DNA of 61,595 bases, the filler included, from Callorhinchus milii (lineage: Eukaryota), in assembly GCF_018977255.1 (NCBI RefSeq). It is 3 parts of 3 records of this genome, joined end to end, with 100 filler letters (N's around TTAATTAATTAA, not from the genome) between each part and the next. Parts side by side here need not be neighbours in the genome. Positions count along the whole stretch, not along the records: positions 33,394 to 61,595 come from NW_024705675.1; 2 more parts are not named here. One strand, written 5' to 3'. Positions 36,876 through 47,700 of the stretch are shown piece by piece; the stretch's first letter is position 1, and the number at the start of each line of letters is the position of its first letter. Position numbers and translations under genes: made by a program. The notes beneath the pieces are model-generated. The model was not told the DNA's origin and made no database searches. It saw nothing but the letters and a program-made list of their open reading frames with translations.

Positions 36876-37285
36876 CAAAGGGAGAAAGGCAGCCCCTCCC
36901 ACCCTAAACTGACTGAGGGGCAAACATGGTGTCAATGCTGTTTTGTGCCCAAGTTTTAGGAAAAGCTGAAGATACATTTATTATCAGACAGTACCCGCAT
37001 ATTGAATCGCTGTTTGATTTAGGTGAATGAACTGCTTATCTGTGCTGTAATATTCTGTGATATCAGACGGTCAGTGACACTGTGCTGTTGAGGCGGGAAG
37101 AACTGCAATTGGAGACAGACTAAATGACGGTTCAAAAACATCAGCAAGTCACAAGCTGTTGGAAATAATTCCATTCTGTTTCTTTGGATATGAGGAAACT
37201 ACGAGACAGATTTTGCGTCACGTCAGAGGAGAATAGTCACTTTCAGTGAATTTCGGCAGCCGATATTGTGCTGATATTGAGGATC

Positions 37286-37362
37286 AGTATTTGTATTGGA
37301 CTGTATCACTGGGTAAAGAAAAGACACAATGCTGCATACAACCATCTCCTCATACAAAATCC
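37286..37362 (+). other. D segment D1 (12-RSS / TAAAGAAAAGA / 22-RSS), 5' heptamer damaged
   Basis: AGTATTTGT-12-CACTGGG (37286-37313), coding 37314-37324, CACAATG-22-ACAAAATCC (37325-37362). Confidence 0.8.
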
Positions 37363-37674
37363 CCTGCCACAGAGACTGCTGAATCCCGTCATCATACAAC
37401 ATCCACAGCACCAAAATAAATGGCCCTGAAAATGGATAATTCTCAGAAATAACCTGGTGTTTAGCAGATGTATTGCGGTTAATTTGGATTGCAGGATGGT
37501 ACTCAACGAGATTGACGTCTGGGGATATGTTCGGACATTAAACGAAAGTGTCTGAAAAACACAAGAATTTATTCTGACTGAAATATCACAGGAGTCATCA
37601 AAGGATACTGTGAACAAAGGACCAGCCGTTGCCAGAAATTCCGGGTCAATATTTGTTCGTTCGTCCTGTGCAGG

Positions 37675-37740
37675 AGATTTTGTCATATTGTGTATCACTG
37701 TGACAAGCAACGCACAGCATTAACAGTCAATACAAAAACC
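37675..37740 (+). other. D segment D2 (12-RSS / ACAAGCAACG / 12-RSS)
   Basis: AGATTTTGT-12-CACTGTG, coding 37703-37712, CACAGCA-12-ACAAAAACC. Confidence 0.9.
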
Positions 37741-38075
37741 CCTGAACACCAAACCAGCTAATCTCTTTCACTGCTCGCTTGTGTGGGTCCCACTGAGTAC
37801 GTGAGGAACTTGCATTTGTAAATCGGTGTCGATCGCTAAGGATTTTACCACTTTAACAGACATAAAATATCATATTTGTTCTTCAATCTGTTCTTGACAA
37901 CAACATGTGTTTGAGATGAGCACTGCAAACTGGCAAAAATACAAATCATTGAACAGTTAAACAAAGAGCCAAGCAATTGTTTTCAGAAAACTACAGAAAT
38001 ATATTGTGCACTTTATTTGGTTTGGGGAAACCAACATTTGCTAATATTTTATTTGTGTGCCTTGTCCTCACAGCA

Positions 38076-38152
38076 GGTTGTTGCAGTGGGCAGCACACTG
38101 ACTGCAGCACAGTGAGATAAACACCACGGCATTAACTGTCAATACAAAAACC
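38076..38152 (+). other. D segment D3 (23-RSS / AGATAAACAC / 12-RSS)
   Basis: GGTTGTTGC-23-CACAGTG (38076-38114), coding 38115-38124, CACGGCA-12-ACAAAAACC (38125-38152). Confidence 0.82.
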
Positions 38153-38487
38153 CTCCAACACCAAAGCAGCTAATCTCTCTCTCTGTTCGCTTGTGGGGGT
38201 CCAACTGAATATGCGGGAATTTGGTATTCGTAAAATGGTGCCGAGCGCTGAGCAAATTTCCAGATTTAATAGAAATAAAACATTACATTTGATCTCCAAT
38301 CTGTTGGTGACAATAGAATGTTTGACATGATCACTGCAAACTGGCAAAGATGCAATCATTTAACAGGTAAACACAGAGCCAAGCAATTGTTTTCAGAACG
38401 TTACAGAAATATATTGGGTATTGTATTTGGTTTGGGAGAGCCAACATTTACAGTAATGTTGTGTTTGTGTGCACTGCCCGCACAGCA

Positions 38488-38565
38488 GGTTGTTGCAGTG
38501 GGCAGCACACTGACTGTAGCACAGTGACTACATGGGTCAAGGCACCGTGTTGACTGTGACGGATG
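38488..38565 (+). CDS. J segment with 5' 23-RSS (IgH-type), YMGQGTVLTVTD
   Basis: GGTTGTTGC-23-CACAGTG (38488-38526); coding 38527-38565 with a G-x-G-T-x-L-T-V motif; GTGAGT phase-1 donor at 38566. Confidence 0.9.
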
Positions 38566-41500
38566 GTGAGTAGCAGACACTATCTCATCTCACTCAATTC
38601 ACTGAACTTGTCTCTTTGTATGTGTTCACTTTAACACCTATTTAATGTAATGAATTCTGCGTGGACGGGATATCTCACAGTTTAATCCACGCTAAAGATT
38701 TTTAGCTGCCATTGCTTTCAATAACAACTGTTTCTTTATGTACTATTCTCTCAATGTTTAGTTTATTGTTGGTGATATTTTTGGTGATTACACTAAAGGA
38801 CTTTCCATAATGTTTGTTCGCGGTGAATGGCAGCTGCTGGGTTTCGGGTATAATGATGCCGCGAATTGTATAAAAGTGTTTGAAACTGTGCCCAAGATTT
38901 GGAAATGAGGACCTGAATATCGTGGGATGAGTGACGGGAAGGTTATCAGATCGATTCCGATATGTATTTCAATCTGTTGTTTAATATAAGGAACGCTGCT
39001 GTGGGTTAAAGATGTTCATCTGGGAGAAGTTGAGTGAGAGAGTAAAGCGGGTTTACATTGCTGCGGTGTGACTGACAACTCAAATCTGCACGAATGTTAC
39101 AGAAATATGAGTGAATGTTTTTATTTCAAGTAATATTAGCATTAACGTGTTGCTCACAGTTACTTTTCCTCAGCTGCCCATACACCAGTCACGCTAACAT
39201 TCAGCTACTGTTTGATTCTATGCTTCATTTCAATTGATATTGCCGGCGGTTGAGTTAAACTTACTTCCATTCCTCAGAGTGTACACAGATCGGTGTTGAT
39301 CTACAATCATCAGCTTTCTGCTTTACACTAACTATCTTGTAGAAAAACACAGATGTATTCATCAAACATATGTTCAAGTTTGAATAGCAGACTGCATTGT
39401 TAGAGATCCAATTATTAATGACATGTTTAACACAAAGCGAAACTGGTCACTGACATCAAACTAATGATATCGTAGTTGATTATCTAAAACTTCAGAGATG
39501 TCAGAAATGAGGGTGAAAGGAAGAAATCTCTCATTTTACTGTAATCACATGCTTTAGTTATTCTGTGTAACTGTTGATCTATAAAGATGAATTTCCTGTT
39601 TTACATTAACTGATCAGCAGAAAAATTGCTAAATTTGTTGTTTTTCAGTAAACAAATGGTAAACTCTGAATAACCCGCTGCAATGTATCAGATACATTTG
39701 TTTAAGAGACGGTTAACACACAGCGAAACTGGTCACGGACACCAAGCTAATGATATCAGAACTGACCAGCTCGATCTCCATACTCAGCAGAGATGATGGT
39801 GAAAGGAATCAGTTTCTGATTCGACTGTAAATACATGAAATAGTTATTCTGTGTAACTGTTTGAGTTGCGGGTAATTGTGACCGTGATTTACATTGCACA
39901 ATGTACAATGCATCGTGTGTGATGTGGATGGAGAGCGGGTGAGCTGCTGTGCGGTTACTGACAGCTTCAGGCTGAGGGAAAGTGAACATGGAGCGACCTG
40001 TGGGTAATTGGATGGAAACAATGTGTTTTTGAGATGCGAGGGTTCATGCTGTTTCTGTGTTTGAGACCTGAGTAAACGGCATTGAACAGTGTAATTGCAA
40101 ATTGCTGAACGGGGATATCTCACTGTGGGGAGAGCGGCTGGGAGTTCGGTTCAAGTTTAACCTTCAGATCGAGGGATAGGAAAGAGCAATGTGAAGGTTT
40201 GTTTCATAAATATCTTTCCAGAGGTCGAAACATCAATTGACGTCAATCGTCTTAAGAAGAACCGGAATCCAAATTTAAAGTAAATTTAAGATTATTATAC
40301 GCTTCCGCGAAATCTTAAAGTAAAGTTTTATAATCTACAAGTGTTTAATATTAGTTGAGGATTTGGATCTCGGAAGTGAACAATGTCTCTATTTGTATCA
40401 TTAGTTAATTTAATTTATTTATAGCTAACAAGTCGGTGACCGCAGGGGCTGGAAACAGACCCACAGACACCAACACTGTTTGTTTTATATATTTATATCA
40501 CCTGCCTCTGTCTGTCAGCCTGTGTCTCATGAATACAACATGACCACAGGACATTCAACTGTCACCACCTGAATCTAACACAATACAGCCGACGAATGGA
40601 ACAGAAGACCCTCATACTCATGTGTGGTCGTCCACGAAATGTTCCCACTGAAGACTCGGACCAGAACCGTAAATAAATCCAGCGGTAAACCGAGTTTTGT
40701 AAACCTTGCACTTGTTCTGATGGACACCGTGAATCCATGTCACTGAGGGTCTCTCAATACCATCTTGCTTATGCTTTTGTACACACAACTTCTTGCCATT
40801 GCATTGTCAGTTTTCAACAATTAAATCAAATAAAGATCATTGTTTTATTGATGTATCAGGTACTTCGGATTGAATTAAAATTAATTACACAGATATTTTC
40901 CAGCGTTAGGACTGATCCATTTGTTTTTGGAAGCAAAGCTAATATAAAGTTATTACTGCAGACATTTTGGTGGTTACTATTTAGCGTGGTGATATGTTTC
41001 CACATGTGTCATACACCGGGCAGACCAGCACGTCCACCCCACACCCCTACGACTCCACCACCCACACACAACCCCCGAAAATATAAGTTGACAATAAAGT
41101 CCCAACTAATTCAACATCACTGGATACAATCCAATCTCAAAACGAATTTTATTTGCGGTTTGGTTTATAATTGCACAGCAGAGCTGCACCTTTTCCCTTG
41201 CAGGATATTTTCTCTATCACTGAAAAGCATCGCATTCTGCATGAAGCAACATTTCAGATGTAAACTATGCCCTTTTTTTGGTAAAATTCCTGTAACAATG
41301 ATACTTGTTCCACAGAAAAGATTTGGATACGGTTACATATTCACTTGAACACTCGCTTAGCTACGCTTCTACATTGTAAACAAATACACTCATTCACAAA
41401 CTGCCCACACGCTCAATCCACCCAAATCCACATTTGCACTCATACACCCAGACATTCGCACACTCACTCACACTCATGTCCACCCAGGCCCACACAAACT

Positions 41501-41718
41501 CACACACAATCACTTCCACACAGTCCCACACGCACTCAAATACATTCACACCCAACCAGGCGCCTCAAACACTTGATGGCCCTCAGGGATGAACCCTGTT
41601 CACTTACATCTCAATGTGTTTAGTTGATTTAAACAAATGTTTTTGCTGGTTGTTCTGTTGCTTTACAACAATATCAGCCATTTTGAAATAGAAACGGTGC
41701 CATTTAGAAAAACGTTGA

Positions 41719-44700
41719 TGATGAAGCGCAGCAACAGCGCCGCCCGGCGGCTATATATCGTCACTGCAGCCGCGACCGTGAAGCGCAGCAACAGCGCCGC
41801 TCGGTGGTTCAATACCGTCACTGCAGTCAATTTAGTGAAGCGCTGCAACAGCGCGGCCATGCAGCTCGATACCGTAGCGCAGCATCAGCGCAGCCCGGTG
41901 GTTGAATAGCGTCACTTCAGCCACTTTGGTGAAGCGCTGCAACAGCGCCGATAGGCGGCTCAATACCGTCACGGCCGACGCGATAGTAAAGCGCAGCAAC
42001 AGCGCCGCCCAGTGGCTCACTATCGTCAATGAAGCCGCTATAATGTAGGGCTGCAACAACAGCGCCGACGGGTGGCACAATATCGTCACTACACCCGCTA
42101 TAATGTAGGTCAGAATCAGCGCCGCCCGGTGGTTGAATACCGTCAATGCAGCCACTTAAGTGAAGCGCTGCAACAGCGCCGACAGGCGCTCGATACCGTC
42201 ACTGCAGCCGCGAAAGTGAAGCGCAGCAACAGCGCCGTCCGATGGCTCAATAACGGCACTGCAGCCGCTATAATGTAGGGCTGCAACAACCGCGCTGACG
42301 GTTGGCTCAATATCGTCACTGCAGCCGCTATAAGTAGAACTGCATCAGCCCCGCTCGTTGGTTGAATACCGTCACTGCATCCACTTAAGTGAAGCCCTGC
42401 AACAGCGCCGACAGGTGGCTCAATATAGTAATTGCAGACGCGATAGTAAAGCGCACCAACAGGGTCGCCCGTGGCTCAACACTGTCAGTGCAGCCGCTAT
42501 ACCGCCGACACCGCCGCCCGGTGGTGGAATACCGTTACTGCAGCCACATTTGTGAAGCGCTGCAACAGCGCCGACAGTCGCTCGATACCGTCACTGCAGC
42601 CGCTACAATGTAGCGCTCCGACAGCGCCGCCCGGCGGCTCAATAAAGTCACTGTAGCCTCGATCGTGAAGCGCAGCAACAGCGCCGCCCGGAGGCACAAT
42701 ACCGTCACAGCCGACGCGACAGTGAAGCGCAGCAACAGCGCCGCCCGGTGGCTCAATACCGTCACTGCAGCCGCAATAATGTAGATCAGCATCAGCGCCG
42801 CCCGGTGGTTGAATACAGTCACTGCAGCCACTTTAGTGAAGCGCTGCAACTGCGCCGACAGGCGGCTCAATACCGTCATTGCAGACGCGATAGTGAAGCG
42901 CAGCAAGAGCGTCGCGCGATGGCACAATACTGTCAATGCAGCAGCTATAATGTAGCGCTGCGACCGCGCCGCCCGGTGGTTGAATACTGTCACTGCAGCC
43001 ACATTAGTGAAGCGCTGCAACAGCGCGGACAGGCGCTCGTTACCGTCATTGCAGCCGCTAAAGTTAAGCGCAGCAACAGCGCCGCCCGGCGAATCAATAC
43101 CGTCATTTCAGACGCCATAGTGAAGAGCAGCGACAGCGCCGCACTGTGGCTCAATATCGTCACTGCAGCCGCTGTATTGACGCTCAGCATCAGCGCCGCC
43201 CGGCAGCTCAATATTGTCACTGCAGCCGCGATCGTGAAGCGCAGCAACAGCGCCGCTCGGAGGCACAATACCGTCACAGCCGAAGCGATAGTGAAGCGCA
43301 GCAACAGCGCCGCCCGGTGGCTCAATACCGTCACTGCAGACGCTATAATGTAGGGCTGCAACAAGAGCGCCGACGGGTGGCTCAATATCGTCACTGCAGC
43401 CGCAATAATGTAGATCAGAATCAGCGCCGCACGGTGGTTGAATACAGTCACTGCATCCACTTTAGTGAAGCGCTGCAACTGCGCCGACAGGTGGCTCAAT
43501 ACCGTCATTGCAGACGCGAGAGTGAAGCGCAACAAGAGCGTCGCGCGATGGCACAATACTGTCACTGCAGCCGCTATAATGTAGCGCTGCGACAGCGCCG
43601 CCCGGTGGTTGAATACCGTCACCGCAGCCACATTAGTGAAGCGCTGCAACAGCGCCGACAGGCGCTCGATACCGCAATTGCAGCCGCTAAAGTTAAGCGC
43701 AGCAACAGCGCCGCCCGGCGACTCAATACGTCATTTCAGAGGCTATAGTGAAGAGCAGCAACAGCGCCGATCTGTGGTTCAACACGGTCACTGCAGCCGC
43801 TGTATTGAAGCGCAGCAACAGCGCCGCCGGGCGGCGCAATATCGTCACTGCAGACGCGATCGTGAAGCGCAGCAGCAGCGCCGACCGGTCATTCAATACC
43901 CTCACTGCAGTCAATTTAGTAAAGCGCTGCAACAGCGCCGCCAGGCAGCTCGAAACCGTCATTGTAGTGGCTAAAGTGAAGCGAAGCAACAGCGCCGCCC
44001 CACGTCTCAATACCGTCACTGCAGGCGCTATAATGTAGCGCTGCGACAACAGCGCCGCCCGGTGGCTCAATACTGTCACTGCAGCCGCTATAGTGAAGCG
44101 CAGCAACAGCGCCGCCTGGATGCTAATTAACGTCACTGCAGACGCGATAGTGAAGCGCAGCAACAGCGTCGCCCGGTGTATCAATACTGTCACTGCAGCC
44201 GCTATAATGTAGCGCAGCATCAGTGCCGACGGTGGTTGAATATCGTCACTGCAGCCACTTTAGTGAAGCGCTGCAACAGCACCGCCAGGCAGCTCGATAT
44301 CGTAGCGCAGCAACACAGCCGCCCCGCTGCTCAATACCGTCACTGCAGCAGCTATAATGTAGCGCTCCAACAAAAGCGCCGCCCGGTGGGTCAATAGAGT
44401 CACTGAATCCGCTATAATGAAGAGCTCCAGCAGCGCCGGCCGGTGGCTCAATAACGTTACTGCAGCCACTATAATGTAGAGCTGCAACAACAGCGCCGAC
44501 GGTTGGCACAATACCGTCACTGCAGCCGCTACAATGTAGATCTGCATCAGCGCCGCCCGATGTTGGAATACCGTCACTGCCTCCACTTTTGTGAAGCCCT
44601 GCAACAGCGCCGACAGGCCGCTCAATACCGTCATTGCAGACGCGATAGTAAAGCGCAGGAACAGCGTCGCCCGGTGGTTCAACACTGTCACTGCAGCCGC

Positions 44701-47700
44701 TGTAATGAAGCGATGCGACAGCGCCGCCCGGTGGCTCAATACCTTCATTTCAGACGCGAAAGTGAAGAGCAGCAACAGCGAACAGCGGGGTGGATCAATA
44801 CCGTCACTGCAGCCGCTATAATGTAGCGTTGAAACAGCGCCGCTAGGCGGCTCGATACCTTCATTGCAGCCGCTAAAGTTAAGCGCAGCAACAGCGCCGC
44901 CCGGCGGCTCAATACCGTCACCGCCGACGCGATAGGGAAGCGTAGCAATAGCGCCGCCCGGTGGGTCAATGCCGTCACTGCAGCCGCTATAATGTTGGGC
45001 TGCAACAACAGCGCCGAACGGTGTTTCAATACAGAAACTGCAGACGCGATAGTGAAGCGCAGCAATGCGCAGCCTGGTGGCTCAATACCGTCACTGCAGC
45101 GGCGATCGTGAAGCGCAGCAAGAGCCCGGCACGGTGGTTCAATGCCGTCAATGCAGTCGCTAAAATGTAGTGTTGCAACAGCGCCGCTAGGCGGCTCGAT
45201 ACCGTCACTGCAGCCGCTACAATGTAGCGCTACGACAGCGCCGCCCGGCGGTTCAATATCGTCACTGCAGCCGCGATCGTGAAGCGCAGCAACAGCGCCG
45301 CTCGGCGGCTCAATACCGTCACTGCAACCGCTATAATGTAGGGCTGCAACAACAGCGCCGACGGTTGGCTCAATACCGTCACTGCAGCGGCTATAATGTA
45401 GATCTGCATCAGCGCCTCGCGGCGGTTTAATACCGTCATTGCAGCCACTTTAATGAAGCGCTTCAAAAGCGCCGAAAGGCGGCTGAATAACGTCAATGCA
45501 GACGCGATAGTAAAGCGCAGCAACAGCGCCGACGGTTGGCTCAATAGCGTCACTGCCGCCGCTATAATGCAGATCTGCATCAGCGCCGCCCGGTGGTTGA
45601 ATACCGTCACTGCAGCCACTTAAGTGAAGCGCTTCAACAGCGCCGACCGGCGCTCGATAACATCACTGCAGCCGACAAAGTAAAGCGCAGCAAGAGCGCC
45701 GCCCGGCGGCTCAATTCCGTCACCGCCGACGCGATAGTGAAGCGCAGCATCAGCGCCGCCCGGTTGCTCAATATCGTCACTGCAGCCGCTTTAATGTAGG
45801 GCTGCAACAACAGCGCCGAAGGGTGCCTCAATATCGTCACTGCAGCCGCTATAATGTAGATCTGCATCAGCGCCGCCCGGCGGTTGAATACCGTTATTTC
45901 AGACGCCATAGTGAAAAGCAGCAACAGCGTCGCCCTGTGGCTCAATACCGTCACTGCAGCAACTTTAGTGAGGCGCTGCAACAGCGCCGACAGGCGTTGG
46001 ATACCGTCATTGCAGCCGCTAAAGTAAAGCGCAGCAACAGCGCCGCCCGGCGGCTCAATACCGTCATTGCAGTGGCTAAAGTGAAGCAAAGCAACAGCGC
46101 GGCCACGCGGCTCAATACCGTCACTGCAGCCGATATAATGTAGCGCTGCGACAATAGCGCCGCCCGGTGGATCAATACCGTCACTGCAGCCGCTATAGTG
46201 AAGCGCAGCAACAGCGTTGCCCGGTGGCTCAACACTGTCATTCCAGCCGCTATAATGTAGCGCTGAGACAGCGCCGCCCGACGGCTCAATATCGTCACTG
46301 CAGTCGCGATCGTGAAGCGCAGCAACAGCGCCGCACGGTGGCTCAATACCGCCACTGCAGTCAATTTAGTAAAGCGCTGCAAAAGCGCCGCCAGGCAGCT
46401 CCATATCGTAGCGCCGCAACAGCGCCGCCCGCGACTCAATACCGTCACTGCAGCCGCTATAATTTAGAGTTGCAACAACAGCGCCGCACGGTGGCTCAAT
46501 ACCGTCACTGCAGCCGCTATAGTGAAGCGCAGTAACAGCGCCGCCCGGCAGCTAAATATCGTTACCGCAGGAGAGATCGTGAAGCGCAGCAACAGCGCCG
46601 CCCGGTGGCTCAATACTTTCACTGCAGTCAATTTCGTGAAGCGCTGCAACAGCGCCGCCAGGCAGCTCGATAACGTAGCGCAGCATCAGCGCCGCCCTGT
46701 GTCTCAATATCGTCACTGCAGCCGCTATAATGTACGGCTGCAACAACAGCGCCGACCGGTGGTTAAATACCGTCATTGTTGACGCGATACCGAAGCGCAG
46801 CAACAGCGTCGCCCGGTGGCTCCATTATGTCACTGCAGCCGCTATAATTTAGGGCTGTAACAGCGCCGCCCGGCGGCTAAATATCGTCACTGCAGCCGCG
46901 ATCGTGAAGTGCAGCAACAGCGACGCCCGGTGGCTCAATAGCGTCACTGCAGCCGAAATAATGTAGCGCAGCATCAGCGCCGCCCGCTGGTTGAAATCGT
47001 CACTGCAGCCACTTTAGTGAAGCGTTGCAACAGCGCCGACAGTCGGCTCGTTACCGTCATTGCAGCCGCTGAAGTGAAGCGCAGCAACAGCGCCTCCCGG
47101 CGACTCAATACCGTCATTTCTGACTCGAGAGCAAAGAGCAGCAACAGCGCCGCCCGGTGGCACAACACCGTCACTTCAGACGCTATATTGAAGCGCAGCA
47201 ACAGCGCCGCCCAGCGGCTCAATATCCTCACTGTAGCCGCGATCGTGAAGAGCAGCAGCAGCGCCGCCCGGTGGTTCAATACCGTCACTGCAGTCAATTG
47301 AGTGAAGCGCTACGACAGCGCCGCCAGACAGCTCGATACCGTCATTGCAGTGGCTAAAGTGAAGCGAAGCAACAGCGCCGCCCACGTCTCAATACGGTCA
47401 CTGCAGCCGCTATAATGTAGCGCTGCGACAACAGCGCCGCCCGGTGGCTCAATACCGTCACTGCAGTCGCTATAGAGAAGCGCCGCAACAGCGCCGCCCG
47501 GTGGCTCAATACCGTCACTGCAGCCGCTATAGTGAAGCGCAGCAACAGCGCCGCCCGGTGGTTCAGTACCGACAGTGTAGTCAATTTAGTGAAGCGCTGC
47601 AACAGCGCGGCCAGGCAGCTCGATACCGTAGCGCAGCATCAGCGCAGCCCGGCAGTTGAAAACCGTCACTTCAGCCACTTTAGTGAAGCGCTGCAAAAGC

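Noticed and set aside
37078-37084. Extra CACTGTG heptamer between V and D1 as a possible fourth D
   Set aside because: There is no nonamer-like sequence at 12 or 22-23 bp upstream and no paired 3' RSS.
40737-41623. 203-aa and 92-aa ORFs downstream of J as a possible constant or supporting-V exon
   Set aside because: They have no Ig-fold Cys/Trp spacing and are partly low-complexity CA-rich sequence.
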